Source of the DNA: an uncultured virus (IMG/VR IMGVR_UViG_2675903165_000002)
Lineage: Duplodnaviria; Heunggongvirae; Uroviricota; Caudoviricetes
Direction: 5' to 3' (one strand)
Length of the DNA stretch: 20,000 nt
Virus record (IMG/VR): IMGVR_UViG_2675903165_000002
A program made the translations under genes and the position numbers. The notes beneath the pieces were generated by a model. The model saw only the letters and a program-made list of their open reading frames with translations. It was not told where the DNA came from and did no database searches. Positions 1 to 9,386 of this stretch are shown here, one piece after another (position 1 is the first letter of the stretch; each line of letters opens with the position of its first letter).

Positions 1-2
1 TA

Positions 3-3000
3 TTGTATTTTGGCGATGAGCAAAGAACCAAAGATGAGTTTTTGAAGTGGTTTGTTCAAGACATAAGAGAAGCAAAATATTCCTCAGAAGTTGAAAAAGG
101 TATTTTAAAGTTTGTGAATGACCTCATTGATGGAAAAATTGAGGTGCGAGCGCATAATTCCAGTGCTATACACGCCAAATTTTATTTGTTTCTGCCAGAA
201 AATCATTCGGTACACTCTGACGGCTGGGTAATTATGGGGTCTTCCAACCTGACAGAAGCAGGGCTTGGAATAAAGAAATCGCCTAATTATGAGCTAAATA
301 TCGCGCTGAAAGACTACGATGACGTAGCGTTTACCAAACAAGAGTTCCTTACACTTTGGGAGCAATCTACTCCTATCTTACCCGCAGATATACACAGCTT
401 TAAACAAAAAACACACGTAGGACAAAAATTTTCGCCCTATGAACTGTACATAAAGTTTCTGATAGAATACTTTGATAAAAATATAGATTACGACCCCGAC
501 ACTGTAGGCGATTTGCCTCGAAATTACAAGAAATTATCGTATCAGGTTGATGCAGTAAATGAAGGTTTTCAGATGCTTATGGAGCATAACGGGTTTTTCT
601 TGTCCGACGTTGTGGGCTTAGGAAAAACCGTGATTGCTGCTATGATTGCCAAGCGATTTTTAATTGCCAACGGCTCACTAAATACCAAGATTCTTGTAGT
701 ATATCCACCAGCACTAGAAAAAAACTGGAAAAATACATTCGGCTTATTTAAACTTGACAAACATACCAAATTTATTACGAACGGAAGACTTGAAAAAATA
801 GCAGAAGGCAACGACATTAATTATTGGGCAAAGGAAGATTACGACTTAGTTTTGGTAGATGAAGCACATCGCTACCGAAATCATACCTCACAAGCATTTG
901 CTATGCTCCAAAGAATTTGTAAGGCTCCAAGAAACGGGGAAGGTCTTGTAACTGGCAATAAGAAAAAGGTAATTCTCATCTCAGCAACACCGCTCAATAA
1001 CAGACCGCAAGATTTATATTATCAATTGCTTTTATTCCAAGATGCAAGGCGCAGCACGTTGCCCATAACAAATTTACAAGGCTTTTTTGCCCCAATTATT
1101 CGGGAGTTTTGGAAAATTATGCAGCATGACAAACCTGATATTGAAAGAATACGAGAGTTGTATTCAGAAATACGCGAAAAGATAATTTCGCAGATTACCG
1201 TAAGGCGTACTCGCAAGCACCTAGAAAAGTACCCTAAATACATAGAGGACTTAACCGAGCAGGGAATTAAGTTTCCCGACATAGCTGCCCCTAAACCCAA
1301 AATTTATACCCTAGATGCCAAGTTAAGTAAGCTATTTTATCATACAATTTTTTACTTGACAGACGAAGATAAAATTCAGTTTTATAGATACCAAGCCATA
1401 CGGTTTTTATCCGATGAACAGTTGGAAATTTGTGGCTACACGCAAGCTGAAAGATTTTCAAAATCTTTGGCTGGTATTATAAAAACGCTTCTGATAAAAA
1501 GACTAGAAAGCAGCTTCACTGCGTTTAAGAAAACGCTTAATAATCTCCTCATCTCCACAGGGCGAATGATTGAGATGTTTGAAAATGATAAAGTGTTCAT
1601 TGCGCCAGACTTAGGAGTCAATGAATTACAGGACAAAGGTTTAACCGAAAGTCAAATTGAATCTATCATTTTAGACTACAGTATTATCAATCCCAAAAAC
1701 AATGTCTTTAATAAAAAAGATTTTGTTGAAAGGCAAATCAGTAAAAAAAATCCTGTATTTGTCGAGATTTTAGATGGCTTGAAAAAAGACTATGCCTTAT
1801 TGCAAGAATTAGTAAAGGCATGGAGCAAGGTAGATACTGACCCAAAACTTGACACTTTTCTTGCAACGTTAAAAGACGAACTACTTGATAAACAGATAAA
1901 CCCGACAGGAAAGCTGGTGATTTTTACCGAAAGTACCGACACTGCCAACTACCTGACAGAAAAGGTAGAAGCGTTTTTAGGGACTAAAATCTTGAATGTG
2001 TCGAGTAATAATCGGAACAAAATTTTTGAGATAATACTCGAAAATTTTGATGCCAATTATATTGGGGAGAGAAAAGACGACTACGACATTATCATCACTA
2101 CCGATGTGCTGGCCGAAGGTGTAAACCTACACCGCGCCAATGTGATTGTTAATTACGATACCCCTTGGAACGCCACAAGGCTCATGCAGCGTATTGGGCG
2201 AGTAAACAGAATTGGTAGTGTTGCGGGCGTTATCTACAATTACAATTTCTACCCATCGCAGCAAGGTGACGAGGAAATAAAATTGTATAGGAATGCGCTC
2301 GTAAAGTTGCAAGGTTTTCATACTGCCTTTGGCGAAGACGCACAAATTTATACGCACGAAGAATTGCTCGAACAATTTGAGTTATTTAAGGAAGGTTTGC
2401 CCGACGACGAAGACAAAAGGCTTTATTATTTGCGCGTTATCAGAGAGTTTAAAGACAAAAACCCAAAAGAATTTAAACGAATAAAGGCATTCCCGCTTAA
2501 AGCCAGAACAGCCCGAAAAGAAGAGTATGCACAAAAAAGTCAGGCACAACAATCTACTGTAGTATTCCTTAAATCGGTTTACAAAACAGAATTTTACCAA
2601 ATAAACGACAAAGCACAAGTAAAACCACTTACTTTTTTGGAGGCTGCACAAATTTTTGAAGCCAAGACCTCAGAGCCAGCTTTCGACCTGCCAGAAAGCC
2701 ACTATAAACACGTACAAGCCGCTTTACTCTCTTTTGAACAAGATTTTCTGAGTGCAAGCACAGAAAAAGTAACTTCTACCGACAAAGCTGATGCCAACAC
2801 CAAACAAGCACTCAAATTTTTGCGTGATTTTAAAGGCATTACACACCAAGCTACTGTAAAAGAAGTTTGTCAAACCTTGCAACCAATAGTAGAGGCTGGC
2901 ACTTATACGCCATTGGCTAACGAACTGAAAAAAATCAGTCAAAAATTGTTTAACAAACGAGAAATTACTACATCGCAGGCTGATAATTTGCTCATTGCTC

Positions 3001-3113
3001 TCGCTCAAAAATACGATGCACTCAACACCGACGAAGAAAATAATGCGCAAACAAGCATTGTAGAAGCCAATATTTCACCAGAAATTGTACTATCAGAAAC
3101 CTTTATTGATTAA
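3..3113 (+). CDS. PLD-nuclease / SNF2-like (SF2) helicase fusion, 5'-truncated by the window edge; probable restriction/motor subunit of the adjacent methyltransferase system
   Basis: N-terminal PLD-like motifs HAKFYLF...GSSNLT...NYE; helicase motifs LSDVVGLGKT (Walker A), LVDEAH (motif II), ISATP (III), LAEGVNL (V), QRIGRVNRIG (VI). Frame is open from the window start. Confidence 0.88.
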   Translation: MYFGDEQRTKDEFLKWFVQDIREAKYSSEVEKGILKFVNDLIDGKIEVRAHNSSAIHAKFYLFLPENHSVHSDGWVIMGSSNLTEAGLGIKKSPNYELNIALKDYDDVAFTKQEFLTLWEQSTPILPADIHSFKQKTHVGQKFSPYELYIKFLIEYFDKNIDYDPDTVGDLPRNYKKLSYQVDAVNEGFQMLMEHNGFFLSDVVGLGKTVIAAMIAKRFLIANGSLNTKILVVYPPALEKNWKNTFGLFKLDKHTKFITNGRLEKIAEGNDINYWAKEDYDLVLVDEAHRYRNHTSQAFAMLQRICKAPRNGEGLVTGNKKKVILISATPLNNRPQDLYYQLLLFQDARRSTLPITNLQGFFAPIIREFWKIMQHDKPDIERIRELYSEIREKIISQITVRRTRKHLEKYPKYIEDLTEQGIKFPDIAAPKPKIYTLDAKLSKLFYHTIFYLTDEDKIQFYRYQAIRFLSDEQLEICGYTQAERFSKSLAGIIKTLLIKRLESSFTAFKKTLNNLLISTGRMIEMFENDKVFIAPDLGVNELQDKGLTESQIESIILDYSIINPKNNVFNKKDFVERQISKKNPVFVEILDGLKKDYALLQELVKAWSKVDTDPKLDTFLATLKDELLDKQINPTGKLVIFTESTDTANYLTEKVEAFLGTKILNVSSNNRNKIFEIILENFDANYIGERKDDYDIIITTDVLAEGVNLHRANVIVNYDTPWNATRLMQRIGRVNRIGSVAGVIYNYNFYPSQQGDEEIKLYRNALVKLQGFHTAFGEDAQIYTHEELLEQFELFKEGLPDDEDKRLYYLRVIREFKDKNPKEFKRIKAFPLKARTARKEEYAQKSQAQQSTVVFLKSVYKTEFYQINDKAQVKPLTFLEAAQIFEAKTSEPAFDLPESHYKHVQAALLSFEQDFLSASTEKVTSTDKADANTKQALKFLRDFKGITHQATVKEVCQTLQPIVEAGTYTPLANELKKISQKLFNKREITTSQADNLLIALAQKYDALNTDEENNAQTSIVEANISPEIVLSETFID

Positions 3114-3116
3114 AAC

Positions 3117-4169
3117 ATGAATAAACTTAAAAGTGAGAATACTGAATTTAAGCAAGTTGTTCTACTGATAGAAGAAGCCAGAAACAGAGCTTTCCATAAA
3201 GTAAATGAAGAACTTATATTACTTTATTTCAGGGTAGGTAAACTGGTGTCCGAAAAAGTTTCTGCTGGAATATGGGGCGAAAATACAGTGGAAGCACTCG
3301 CAGGTTTTATTCAGGAAAAATGCCCAGAGTTGAGAGGATTCAACCGCAGGGGACTTTATAGAATGAAGCAATTTTATGAAGCATACACAGCACCTGAATT
3401 TGTGTCAACACTGATGACACATTTACAAAAATCTGAAAATGAAGCTATTAAAATTGTAAAAACACTACTAACTCAATTGCAATGGTCGGCACATCTCCTC
3501 CTTTTGAGCAAAACCAAAACACCCGATGAAAAGCTGTTTTACCTGCATTTGGCCATACAAGAAAAACTTTCTGTAAGGGAACTGGAGAGACAGCTCAACT
3601 CCGCAGTATTTGAAAGAACGGCACTTTCTAACCAACAATTGAAAACGACATTTACACAATTGCCTCAAAACTTTTTTAAAGACCCCTACATTTTCGAGTT
3701 TTTGGAACTGCCAGAAGGTCATTCAGAAAAAGACCTTGAAAAAGCACTCATAAGCAATCTGCAAAAATTTATTCTTGAAATAGGAAAAGGGTTTACCTAC
3801 ATGGGAAATCAATACCGATTACAAGTAGGCAATAAAGACTATTACACCGACTTACTTTTCTACCATCGCGATTTGCAATGCTTAGTATTATTTGAACTGA
3901 AAATTCAAGAGTTTGAACCCGAATTTTTGGGTAAACTGAACTTCTATTTAGAAGCATTAGACCGCGACGTAAAACGCCCTTTTGAAAATAATAGTATTGG
4001 TATTTTGCTTTGCAAAGGCAAAGAAACCGAAGTAGTTGAATATGCGATGGCTCGAAATACATCGCCTGCCATGATTGCCGATTACGAAACCAAACTAATA
4101 TCCAAAACCTTGTTGGCAAACAAGTTACATCAACTTGTGCTACAACTTTCTAATAAAGATATTGACTAA
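3117..4169 (+). CDS. yhcG: YhcG/DUF1016 family PD-(D/E)xK nuclease domain protein
   Basis: Family motifs WGENTVEALA, GFNRRGLYRMKQFY, LSVRELERQL, KDPYIFEFL, FILEIGKGF, YYTDLLFYHRDLQCLVLFELK, GKLNFYL, SIGILLC, VVEYAM. Stop TAA overlaps the ATG of the next gene at 4169. Confidence 0.88.
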   Translation: MNKLKSENTEFKQVVLLIEEARNRAFHKVNEELILLYFRVGKLVSEKVSAGIWGENTVEALAGFIQEKCPELRGFNRRGLYRMKQFYEAYTAPEFVSTLMTHLQKSENEAIKIVKTLLTQLQWSAHLLLLSKTKTPDEKLFYLHLAIQEKLSVRELERQLNSAVFERTALSNQQLKTTFTQLPQNFFKDPYIFEFLELPEGHSEKDLEKALISNLQKFILEIGKGFTYMGNQYRLQVGNKDYYTDLLFYHRDLQCLVLFELKIQEFEPEFLGKLNFYLEALDRDVKRPFENNSIGILLCKGKETEVVEYAMARNTSPAMIADYETKLISKTLLANKLHQLVLQLSNKDID

Positions 4170-7100
4170 TGGAAAAGAAAATACTTCAAAATATATTATC
4201 GAAGCCCTTTGTGCTTTCCGACTGGCTGACTTTATTGACAGATGTTTTCGGTGTAAAAAACTTTCTTCAAAACCCTGCTGAAATCCCTTTACCAAGCAAC
4301 AACAAAGCCGAAGCTGCTTTTGAGTTGGGTAGTTTCAGTACGGCTGACGATAGAATTATTGGGTTGTATTTGGTAAAGGTAAAACCCGAAGTTTGGTTGG
4401 AGCGCAACAAAGTGGGTTTAAGGGAATTACTACGTTCTGTTTACAAAAATGAGGTGGACGGTGCTTTAATTGTATTCGAGCAAGCTGATAAATGGCGTTT
4501 GAGTTTTGTAAGCGAAATTCGTACTTTGGACGAGTATGGGCAAATTGTTGAAAACCAAACGCAACCCAAACGATACACCTATCTTTTAGGCAGTGGTCAA
4601 AAAGTAAAAACCCCCACCGACAGACTATGTGCCATTGCAGGTAAAAAAGCAAAACTTGAGGATATTAGAAGTTTATTTTCTGTTTCAACGCTCACCAAAG
4701 AGTTTTACAACGAACTCTTTAAATGGTACGAATGGGCATTGTCGGAGGAAATAGGTATTACCTTTCCTAAAAATACAAGTACCGCAGACGACGACCGCGA
4801 AAAGTTGGAAGAACAAATTATTCGCCTCATTACTCGTTTGCTTTTTGTATGGTTCATCAAACAAAAACAGTTAGTGCCACACAATTTATTCGACAAAGAA
4901 CAACTAAAATCCATACTAAAAGACTTTAATCCAAACGACAACAATAACGGGAGCTATTACAATGCTATCTTGCAAAACCTGTTTTTTGCCACACTCAATA
5001 AATCCGTTACTGAACGTGCTTTTGCCAAAGACGAAAATAACAGAGATGTAAAAACATTGTATCGCTATGCAGAAATGTTTGATATTGAAGAAGCGGAAGT
5101 TTTAAATCTATTCTGCAAAATTCCTTTTTTGAATGGCGGTTTATTTGAATGTTTGGACAAAGAAGCATCAACCGACGGCGTAAAATATCATTTAGACGGC
5201 TTTAGTCGAAACGATAGGAAAGTAAGAGGGCAATTCAGCCACCGTGCATACATTCCCAACTGCGTTTTCTTCGACGAAAACAAGGGCATTATTCCACTAT
5301 TGGAACGCTACAATTTTACCGTAGAAGAAAATGCGCCCGAAGATGTGCAAGTGGCTCTTGACCCCGAACTCTTGGGTAATGTATTTGAAAACCTTTTGGG
5401 TGCATACAACAGCGAAACCAAAGAATCTGCCCGTAAGCAAAGCGGAAGTTTTTACACACCCCGCGAGATTGTGGATTTTATGGTAAGCGAAAGTTTGCAG
5501 ACCTATTTGAACGAAAAAATTGGCGATGTTGATTTGAACGGACAACTGACCGATGAACAAAAAAAGAAAATTTACAATACCTTACTCAAAGTAAAAATCC
5601 TTGACCCAGCCTGCGGTTCTGGTGCTTTTCCAATGGGAATTTTGAACGGCATCATTGCCTTGCTCGAAAAAATTGGCGTGGCACAACACTTGGATATGTA
5701 CCAGCTAAAACTACACCTGATTGAAAACTGTATTTATGGTGTGGATTTACAAACCATAGCGGCACAAATAAGCAAATTGCGTTTCTTTATTTCGCTTATT
5801 GTGGAACAAGGGGAAATGGATTTGAGCAAAGAAAATTACGGTGTCATTACTTTACCTAACTTGGAAACCAAATTTGTAGCGGCAAACACCTTACTTGGGC
5901 TGCCTAAAAGGCAAGCTCAGATTGATTTGTTTGAAGACCCAGCCATAGAAACAACTAAACAGGAAATTTTTGCAGTGCGCCACGAACATTTTTACGCCAG
6001 AACAGCCAAAGAAAAGCGGCAACTACGCGATAAAGACGAAAAATTGCGTAAGAAGTTAGTGCAGTTGTTAGAAAACAACCATTCACTTAACCATGAAGAT
6101 GCAAAAAAAATAGCTGAATGGAATCCTTATGACCAAAACTCAAGTTCTGATTTTTTTGATGTAGAATGGATGTTTCTTTTAAAGGATGGCTTTGACATTG
6201 TAATTGGAAATCCACCTTATTTTTCACTATCAACAGATAGCATCTACTTAGATGATAAAACAGGGAAAAGGATAAAACACAACAGAATTTATGAACCTCA
6301 GGGCTTCAAAGTTTTTTCTAATTCTGGCGACATCTATTCTCTCTTTTATGAAAAAGGTTGGCAAGTGATAAAAGAAAAAGGCCACTTGTGTTTTATTACT
6401 TCCAACAAATGGATGCGGGCAGGCTATGGCGAAAGTACACGAAAGTTTTTTGCTGAAAATACCAACCCCGTATTACTGATTGATTTTGCAGGGCAAAAAA
6501 TATTTGAAAGTGCCACAGTTGATGTAAATATTTTACTGTTTAGCAAAAGTAAAAATCAACAAAAGACACTTGCTTGCATTGTTAAAGAAAAGGTGTTAAA
6601 TAATTTGAGCGTTTTTGTTAGACAACAAGGCTCAGAATGTGGTTTTTTAGGAAAAGAAAGCTGGACAATTCTTAGCCCAATTGAGCAAAGTATTAAACAA
6701 AAAATAGAAGCTGTTGGCACACCCCTCAAAGATTGGGATATAAATATTTATCGTGGAATTTTGACGGGCTACAACGAAGCATTTATAATTGACGGAAGCA
6801 CTAAAGACAAACTGGTAAAAGAAGACCCAAAATCTATCGAAATTATAAGACCGATTTTACGTGGGCGCGATATTAAGCGTTACGGCTATGAGTATGCAGA
6901 CCTTTACCTGATTGCTACTTTTCCAAGCCTTAAAATTGATATAGAACAGTATCCTGCCGTAAAAAAGCATCTGCTTTCGTTTGGAATGGAACGTTTAGAG
7001 CAAACAGGAAAAGAGTACAAAGTAAATGGCGAAACTATAAAAGCTCGCAAAAAAACCAACAATAAATGGTTTGAAACGCAAGATAGCATAAGTTATTGGG

Positions 7101-7507
7101 ACGATTTTAATAGGCAGAAAATCGTGTGGAAACGTGTTGGTTCAATTTTGCGATTTTCATACGATGAAGCGGGAACAATGGCTTTGGATAGTACTTGTTT
7201 TGCAACGGGAAAATATATCAAGTTTTTGGTTGGTGTTCTCAACTCTAAAATGGGACATTATTTGATGAAAGATGCGCCACAAACAGGAACAGGAGATTTA
7301 TTGATAAGCGTCCAAGCTATTGAGCCACTCAAGATTCCTATTCCTGATACAAATACAGAGCAGTCCATTAGTAAACTAATAGAAGAAATCTTGCATAATA
7401 AAAAACATGGATTAAGTTCGTATGAGTTAGAGCATAGACTTGATAATGTAGTATACGCTTTATATAACCTTGAAAAAACAGAGATTGATTTTGTTAATAT
7501 TCTGTAA
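4169..7507 (+). CDS. Type IIG/Eco57I-like N6-adenine DNA methyltransferase with TaqI-like C-terminal target recognition domain (currently expressed allele)
   Basis: FLNGGLF, LDPELLGNVFENLL, GSFYTPREIV, SAM-binding ILDPACGSGAF, catalytic IVIGNPPY, FITSNKW, C-terminal TRD-type segments (RGILTGYNEAF, ILRGRDIKRY, VLNS). Confidence 0.9.
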   Translation: MEKKILQNILSKPFVLSDWLTLLTDVFGVKNFLQNPAEIPLPSNNKAEAAFELGSFSTADDRIIGLYLVKVKPEVWLERNKVGLRELLRSVYKNEVDGALIVFEQADKWRLSFVSEIRTLDEYGQIVENQTQPKRYTYLLGSGQKVKTPTDRLCAIAGKKAKLEDIRSLFSVSTLTKEFYNELFKWYEWALSEEIGITFPKNTSTADDDREKLEEQIIRLITRLLFVWFIKQKQLVPHNLFDKEQLKSILKDFNPNDNNNGSYYNAILQNLFFATLNKSVTERAFAKDENNRDVKTLYRYAEMFDIEEAEVLNLFCKIPFLNGGLFECLDKEASTDGVKYHLDGFSRNDRKVRGQFSHRAYIPNCVFFDENKGIIPLLERYNFTVEENAPEDVQVALDPELLGNVFENLLGAYNSETKESARKQSGSFYTPREIVDFMVSESLQTYLNEKIGDVDLNGQLTDEQKKKIYNTLLKVKILDPACGSGAFPMGILNGIIALLEKIGVAQHLDMYQLKLHLIENCIYGVDLQTIAAQISKLRFFISLIVEQGEMDLSKENYGVITLPNLETKFVAANTLLGLPKRQAQIDLFEDPAIETTKQEIFAVRHEHFYARTAKEKRQLRDKDEKLRKKLVQLLENNHSLNHEDAKKIAEWNPYDQNSSSDFFDVEWMFLLKDGFDIVIGNPPYFSLSTDSIYLDDKTGKRIKHNRIYEPQGFKVFSNSGDIYSLFYEKGWQVIKEKGHLCFITSNKWMRAGYGESTRKFFAENTNPVLLIDFAGQKIFESATVDVNILLFSKSKNQQKTLACIVKEKVLNNLSVFVRQQGSECGFLGKESWTILSPIEQSIKQKIEAVGTPLKDWDINIYRGILTGYNEAFIIDGSTKDKLVKEDPKSIEIIRPILRGRDIKRYGYEYADLYLIATFPSLKIDIEQYPAVKKHLLSFGMERLEQTGKEYKVNGETIKARKKTNNKWFETQDSISYWDDFNRQKIVWKRVGSILRFSYDEAGTMALDSTCFATGKYIKFLVGVLNSKMGHYLMKDAPQTGTGDLLISVQAIEPLKIPIPDTNTEQSISKLIEEILHNKKHGLSSYELEHRLDNVVYALYNLEKTEIDFVNIL
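6607..6625 (+). repeat. Left 19-bp inverted repeat (putative invertase crossover site) inside the MTase coding sequence
   Basis: GAGCGTTTTTGTTAGACAA at 6607-6625 is the exact reverse complement of 9271-9289; flanking bases mismatch on both sides. Confidence 0.88.
6839..7122 (+). repeat. Left copy of perfect 284-bp inverted repeat in the middle of the TRD
   Basis: Base-by-base comparison shows 6839-7122 is the reverse complement of 8774-9057; encodes EIIRPILRGRDIKRY...WDDFNRQKI. Confidence 0.93.
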
Positions 7508-7742
7508 TTCTGCTCAATATGTTTTTTATAGAGTTTTCAATCTCATCTATTTCTTCGTTGGTAAAAAGCATCATTTCATAAACCCATTTATTTACATAAA
7601 AAGCATCTATTTTTTTAGACAAAATGTTTTGGGTTTCTTTTAATCTTTTTTCATTAGGTAATGGCAATGGAATATTTTGAAAATAGTCGGTAAAAATTTT
7701 AAATCCTGTTTCATCAAAGGAATAAATGTAATATCGAAATAA

Positions 7743-8604
7743 GAGTATGTTTAAAAATTAAGTATTGTGATTATCTAAAACGATTGAGTATAATTTGGAT
7801 ATTAGTCCACAAAATCCAGTTTTGGGAACTTTTCGCTGTTTTTTCATAATCTTTAGCAAGCCTACGAAAGAAATTATGCCAAGCAAAAGTTCTTTCCACT
7901 GCCCACCGCCACTTGACGGGAACAAATCCTTTCCTGCTGGGCGGTACAGCACTACACTCTACTGCTAAACCAAGTATATTAGCTTCTACCCATTGCATAA
8001 ATCCTTTTTTGTAGGCCGCATCCACCAGTATTTTTTGCATCCTATCTAAATAACCCAAACAGTGTTCTACCAGTAAATGAGCCTTTTGACTGTCATGGCT
8101 GTCTGCTCCATGAACAACCACCCCCCAAACTAAACCAAGCGTATCTACTATCACGTGTCTTTTTCGACCATTGATACACTTATTCCCATCAACACCTTTG
8201 TCTTTACTGACAAAAGGAGATACTTTTATAGATTGACTATCAATACTGAATAAACTCGGGATAGCCTTTTTCCCTTGCCGTTGGCGTTCGAGTTTATTCA
8301 GTTCGCTATTGATTCTTTCTAAGGTGCCATCTTTGCCCCATTTGGCAAAATAATAGTAAACCAATGGCCATGGGGGATAACAAGTTTCCAAATTACGCCA
8401 TTGCGTCCCTTTCCGAAGAATGCTCAAAATACCATTGACAACCGCACGCAAAGAATATTTGCGCTTTCTTTGCTGATTCAATATTTTACTGATAATTTCC
8501 CACGCGGTATCGGATAAATCTTTAAAACAGGTTTGCATTTTACTTTCATGTTTGGTCACTAAAAGTAAATTATCCGATACCCTTTTTTAAATTTAAACAT
8601 ACTC
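7743..8604 (-). mobile_element. IS5 family, IS1031-group insertion sequence (862 bp)
   Basis: 13-bp terminal inverted repeats GAGTATGTTTAAA (7743-7755) / TTTAAACATACTC (8592-8604), 3-bp TAA target duplication (7740-7742 and 8605-8607), single transposase ORF. GAG ends and TWA duplication match the IS1031 group. Confidence 0.92.
7771..8559 (-). CDS. IS5-family DDE transposase (start may be the ATG at 8538)
   Basis: DLSDTAW, GTQWRNL, VYYYFAKW, IDSQSIK, GRKRHVIVDTLG, LVDAAY, RWAVERTFAW, RRLAKDYE. Confidence 0.93.
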   Translation of the reverse strand: MTKHESKMQTCFKDLSDTAWEIISKILNQQRKRKYSLRAVVNGILSILRKGTQWRNLETCYPPWPLVYYYFAKWGKDGTLERINSELNKLERQRQGKKAIPSLFSIDSQSIKVSPFVSKDKGVDGNKCINGRKRHVIVDTLGLVWGVVVHGADSHDSQKAHLLVEHCLGYLDRMQKILVDAAYKKGFMQWVEANILGLAVECSAVPPSRKGFVPVKWRWAVERTFAWHNFFRRLAKDYEKTAKSSQNWILWTNIQIILNRFR

Positions 8605-8773
8605 TAAATACCCCAAAAGGGTAGAGTTTAAAAGTAACCAAAGATATTCTAAATCTTTACCAACTAAAAAATAGCAATCATTGCCAAAGAAAAAGTTCTT
8701 ATCGTTATCTAATGCAAAACGGGGGAAATTATTTTCGTTGCTTTTAGCAATTCTCATAATTCCTGGATAGATA

Positions 8774-9057
8774 ATTTTCTGCCTATTAAAATCGTCCCAA
8801 TAACTTATGCTATCTTGCGTTTCAAACCATTTATTGTTGGTTTTTTTGCGAGCTTTTATAGTTTCGCCATTTACTTTGTACTCTTTTCCTGTTTGCTCTA
8901 AACGTTCCATTCCAAACGAAAGCAGATGCTTTTTTACGGCAGGATACTGTTCTATATCAATTTTAAGGCTTGGAAAAGTAGCAATCAGGTAAAGGTCTGC
9001 ATACTCATAGCCGTAACGCTTAATATCGCGCCCACGTAAAATCGGTCTTATAATTTC
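8774..9057 (-). repeat. Right copy of perfect 284-bp inverted repeat (in silent TRD cassette)
   Basis: Reverse complement of 6839-7122; also explains the identical shadow ORFs 6904-7089 and 8807-8992. Confidence 0.93.
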
Positions 9058-9270
9058 TTCACTTTTGGGGTCTTGCGCAATGAGTTCTTTTCGCTTTGAG
9101 CCATCAATGATGAAAGCCTCATTAAAACCTGTTTTTATTCCATAATTGATTTGAATATCCCAGTCCTTTAACGGTGTTCCTATTCTCTCAATTTTTTCTT
9201 TTATGCGTTGTTCAATGTCAGAAAGAATAACCCAGCTATCGGCATTATTGAAACTACCCAGATTTCCTGC

Positions 9271-9289
9271 TTGTCTAACAAAAACGCTC
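9271..9289 (-). repeat. Right 19-bp inverted repeat (putative invertase crossover site) marking the start of the silent TRD cassette
   Basis: TTGTCTAACAAAAACGCTC; similarity to the MTase stops immediately outside it; lies about 100 bp upstream of the serine recombinase. Confidence 0.88.
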
Positions 9290-9386
9290 TTTTAGTTGTA
9301 TAAAATAATTGTCTAAGTTTTTTCTATACAATTTTGGTTTAAATTAAGCAGTTGAATGTAATATTAAGTTAAACAAGAAAAACATT

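Larger units (their letters stand above)
7494..9289 (-). pseudogene. Silent, start-less alternative C-terminal TRD cassette of the MTase (309 codons plus stop once the IS is removed), interrupted by an IS
   Basis: From the 19-bp IR it reads in the MTase frame SVFVRQAGNLGSFNNADSWVILSDIEQRIKEKIERIGTPLKDWDIQINYGIKTGFNEAF..., then the shared 284 bp, then IYPGIMRIAK...LLNSTLLGYL|IS|FRYYIYSFDETGFKIFTDYFQNIPLPLPNEK...NILSRITEY-stop (TAA 7496-7494). Removing the IS and one TAA copy restores an open frame. Confidence 0.9.

Noticed and set aside
569..5560. Short minus-strand ORFs within the R-M operon
   Set aside because: Fully overlap well-supported plus-strand genes and show no recognisable motifs.
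3..7507. Calling the operon BREX or DISARM
   Set aside because: No PglZ, BrxC, DrmA or DrmB is visible in the window; only shared domain types.
8593..8910. 105-aa minus-strand ORF as an independent gene
   Set aside because: Internal fragment of the silent TRD cassette; its last residues and stop come from the IS end.
6904..8992. Two identical 61-aa ORFs (6904-7089 minus, 8807-8992 plus)
   Set aside because: Antisense shadows of the 284-bp inverted repeat, not genes.
6839..9057. Diversity-generating retroelement TR/VR pair
   Set aside because: Copies are inverted and identical, with no adenine-specific differences and no reverse transcriptase in the window.
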